This document shows, one piece after another, positions 62,301 through 64,000 of a DNA stretch of 64,000 nt. Under the pieces are notes generated by a model. It made no database searches. It was not told where the DNA came from and was given only the letters and a program-made list of their open reading frames with translations. The position numbers and the translations under genes were made by a program. The first letter of the stretch is position 1. Every line of letters begins with the position of its first letter. Origin of the DNA: Eledone cirrhosa (Eukaryota); contig OZ024741.1 of NCBI GenBank assembly GCA_964016885.1, forward strand, positions 280,116,001 to 280,180,000, in the 5' to 3' direction.

Positions 62301-63806
62301 ATGAAAGAATTATTATCCATGACACACTAATAATTACCTTCAATAGAATTTTAAATATGAACATTTTATACTGTAAATATTATTTAATTATCATAGAACT
62401 AAGTTATTTAAAAAATGTTATCACAAATAGATTTTATAATTAATTAAAAATATCATTTTGGTGGATTTCAGTCAGAACTGTTTTGTTTAGGATATCGCTG
62501 TAAGGTTGTCAGGTTGGTGTCACAACAAAAAGAGGCCAGTCCACCCTGTAAGATGGTTGTTTCGGGAGCCACAATAAAAAGCACCCTGTAACGTGGTTGG
62601 TGTTAGGAATGGCATCTAGCTGTAGAAACCAAGCCCAAATACAGATCATATGAGCATGTCATGGTCACAGGACCTACTTGTCTCATAACGTGACACCTCA
62701 TGCAAGTGAGGAAAAATGGATGTTAACTGATGGTGATGTGATTGCTTATGCTTTTGTAAAAGGAATAATCCTAGTGATTTTCTTTTCATCCCAGAAGCTT
62801 TTTATTTTTTACTGTTTAATCGGGAAGGAAAGGACAGCACTCATGATATTGTTTTGGGCCTCTGAGACTGGTGAAGAGAGGAGAGAGGAAATTGTGCTCA
62901 ACTTGAAGACCTGGCCTAAATGCTTGCTACAGATGGTGCTATTAAACTAGGCAAGGGATTATTAAGTCTATCCCCCTAGTAAGTGAGTGGCCACTAAATT
63001 TGAACTCAGAATGCAAAGATCCTGAACAAATACCATAAGGCATATTGGTCCACTGCTTTAATAATTCTGCCAGTCTACTTACGTCCTGTACTGGTATTTT
63101 GTTGTATCGACCCGAAAGGGTGAAAAGCTAAGTTGACCTCAACATGGTTTGAACTTAGAGTGTAGTGAGCAGCAGAGATCCAGAATAAGTATCACAATGT
63201 ATCTTATTCTACACTCTAACTCTGCCAATTCATCACCATCATGCTTACAGGAAAAAAATAAAAATTTATAATAATCGTAAAAATAAAATGCTTGAAAAAT
63301 GTATACTATTTCATTTTTTTTAAAATGTAAAATTAGTTCATGAATTAAGTTAATATATCTTTATTTTTATGTTTCTAATGAAATATGGCGTCAACTTTAC
63401 TTTTTCCTTCACCATCTAAGAATTACAAATGTAATAGATGCTTTTGAGATTCATCATTCATTAAGTTTGTATATAGGATATTAAGTATTTGTAAAAATCT
63501 GCCCAATAGACTGACTTTATACTAAGAAACTTGATTATAGCTGATATGAAATATAATTAGATTTCTATAACATGATAAAGTTGTGATATGTTTTTTTCTT
63601 CTTATATTCATCTTTACATGGTTAATCTATTTACAAATACACTGTTATTTTTGTTGTTGTAAATTTCTGAAATGATGTAATTTTCTATAAAAGATTTTGT
63701 ATACAACATAAGTTTGTACAACAACATAGTTATAAGTATTTTTCCTTTAATGTCTTTATGTGTTTTTCTAAATCACAGTTTATCATCATCATTGTCATAC
63801 TAAATA

Positions 63807-64000
63807 CAGTGGAACCTCAGTTCATTAATGCTTCTCATCACAAACAAATTGGTTCACGAACAAATTTTCCGAGCATAAAACGTCTCAGTGTCTGAAGTAA
63901 CGAACATGCAAGCGACAAGCTGGGAGTATCAGTAGGAAAGCATCATTTGCTGTATAGTTAGTTACTATGGTGATATCTATGTATTTCACACACAGTCTCT
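63807..64000. mobile_element. Left end of a pogo/Tigger-like element
   Basis: TA-CAGTGGAACCTC start. The other end is outside the window. Confidence 0.5.

Overview
AT-rich eukaryotic (animal) genomic DNA. The SINE families and (TA)n/(CAT)n microsatellite load suggest an octopod cephalopod (inference). Nearly the whole window looks intronic. The only host coding sequence I recognise is one 204-nt phase-0/0 exon (43710-43913, +) resembling the N-terminal region of the JMJD1C/KDM3 histone demethylase. The rest is a nested transposon landscape: several RTE-clade LINE families (one with an uninterrupted 888-aa ORF and a PHD-type finger inserted in the RT), two tRNA-derived SINE families, maT and mariner DNA transposons, hAT/pogo/piggyBac-like MITEs, non-autonomous Helitrons and minisatellites. 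The main hidden signal, not visible in the ORF track, is at least three families of short non-coding elements carrying type I hammerhead-ribozyme motifs. Most abut (TA)n tracts, family I is built as long palindromes and shows stem covariation, and family III has a recurrent non-canonical core (CAGAAGA). These are most simply read as Penelope-like/retrozyme-type remnants. All boundaries were read by eye and may be off by several bases.
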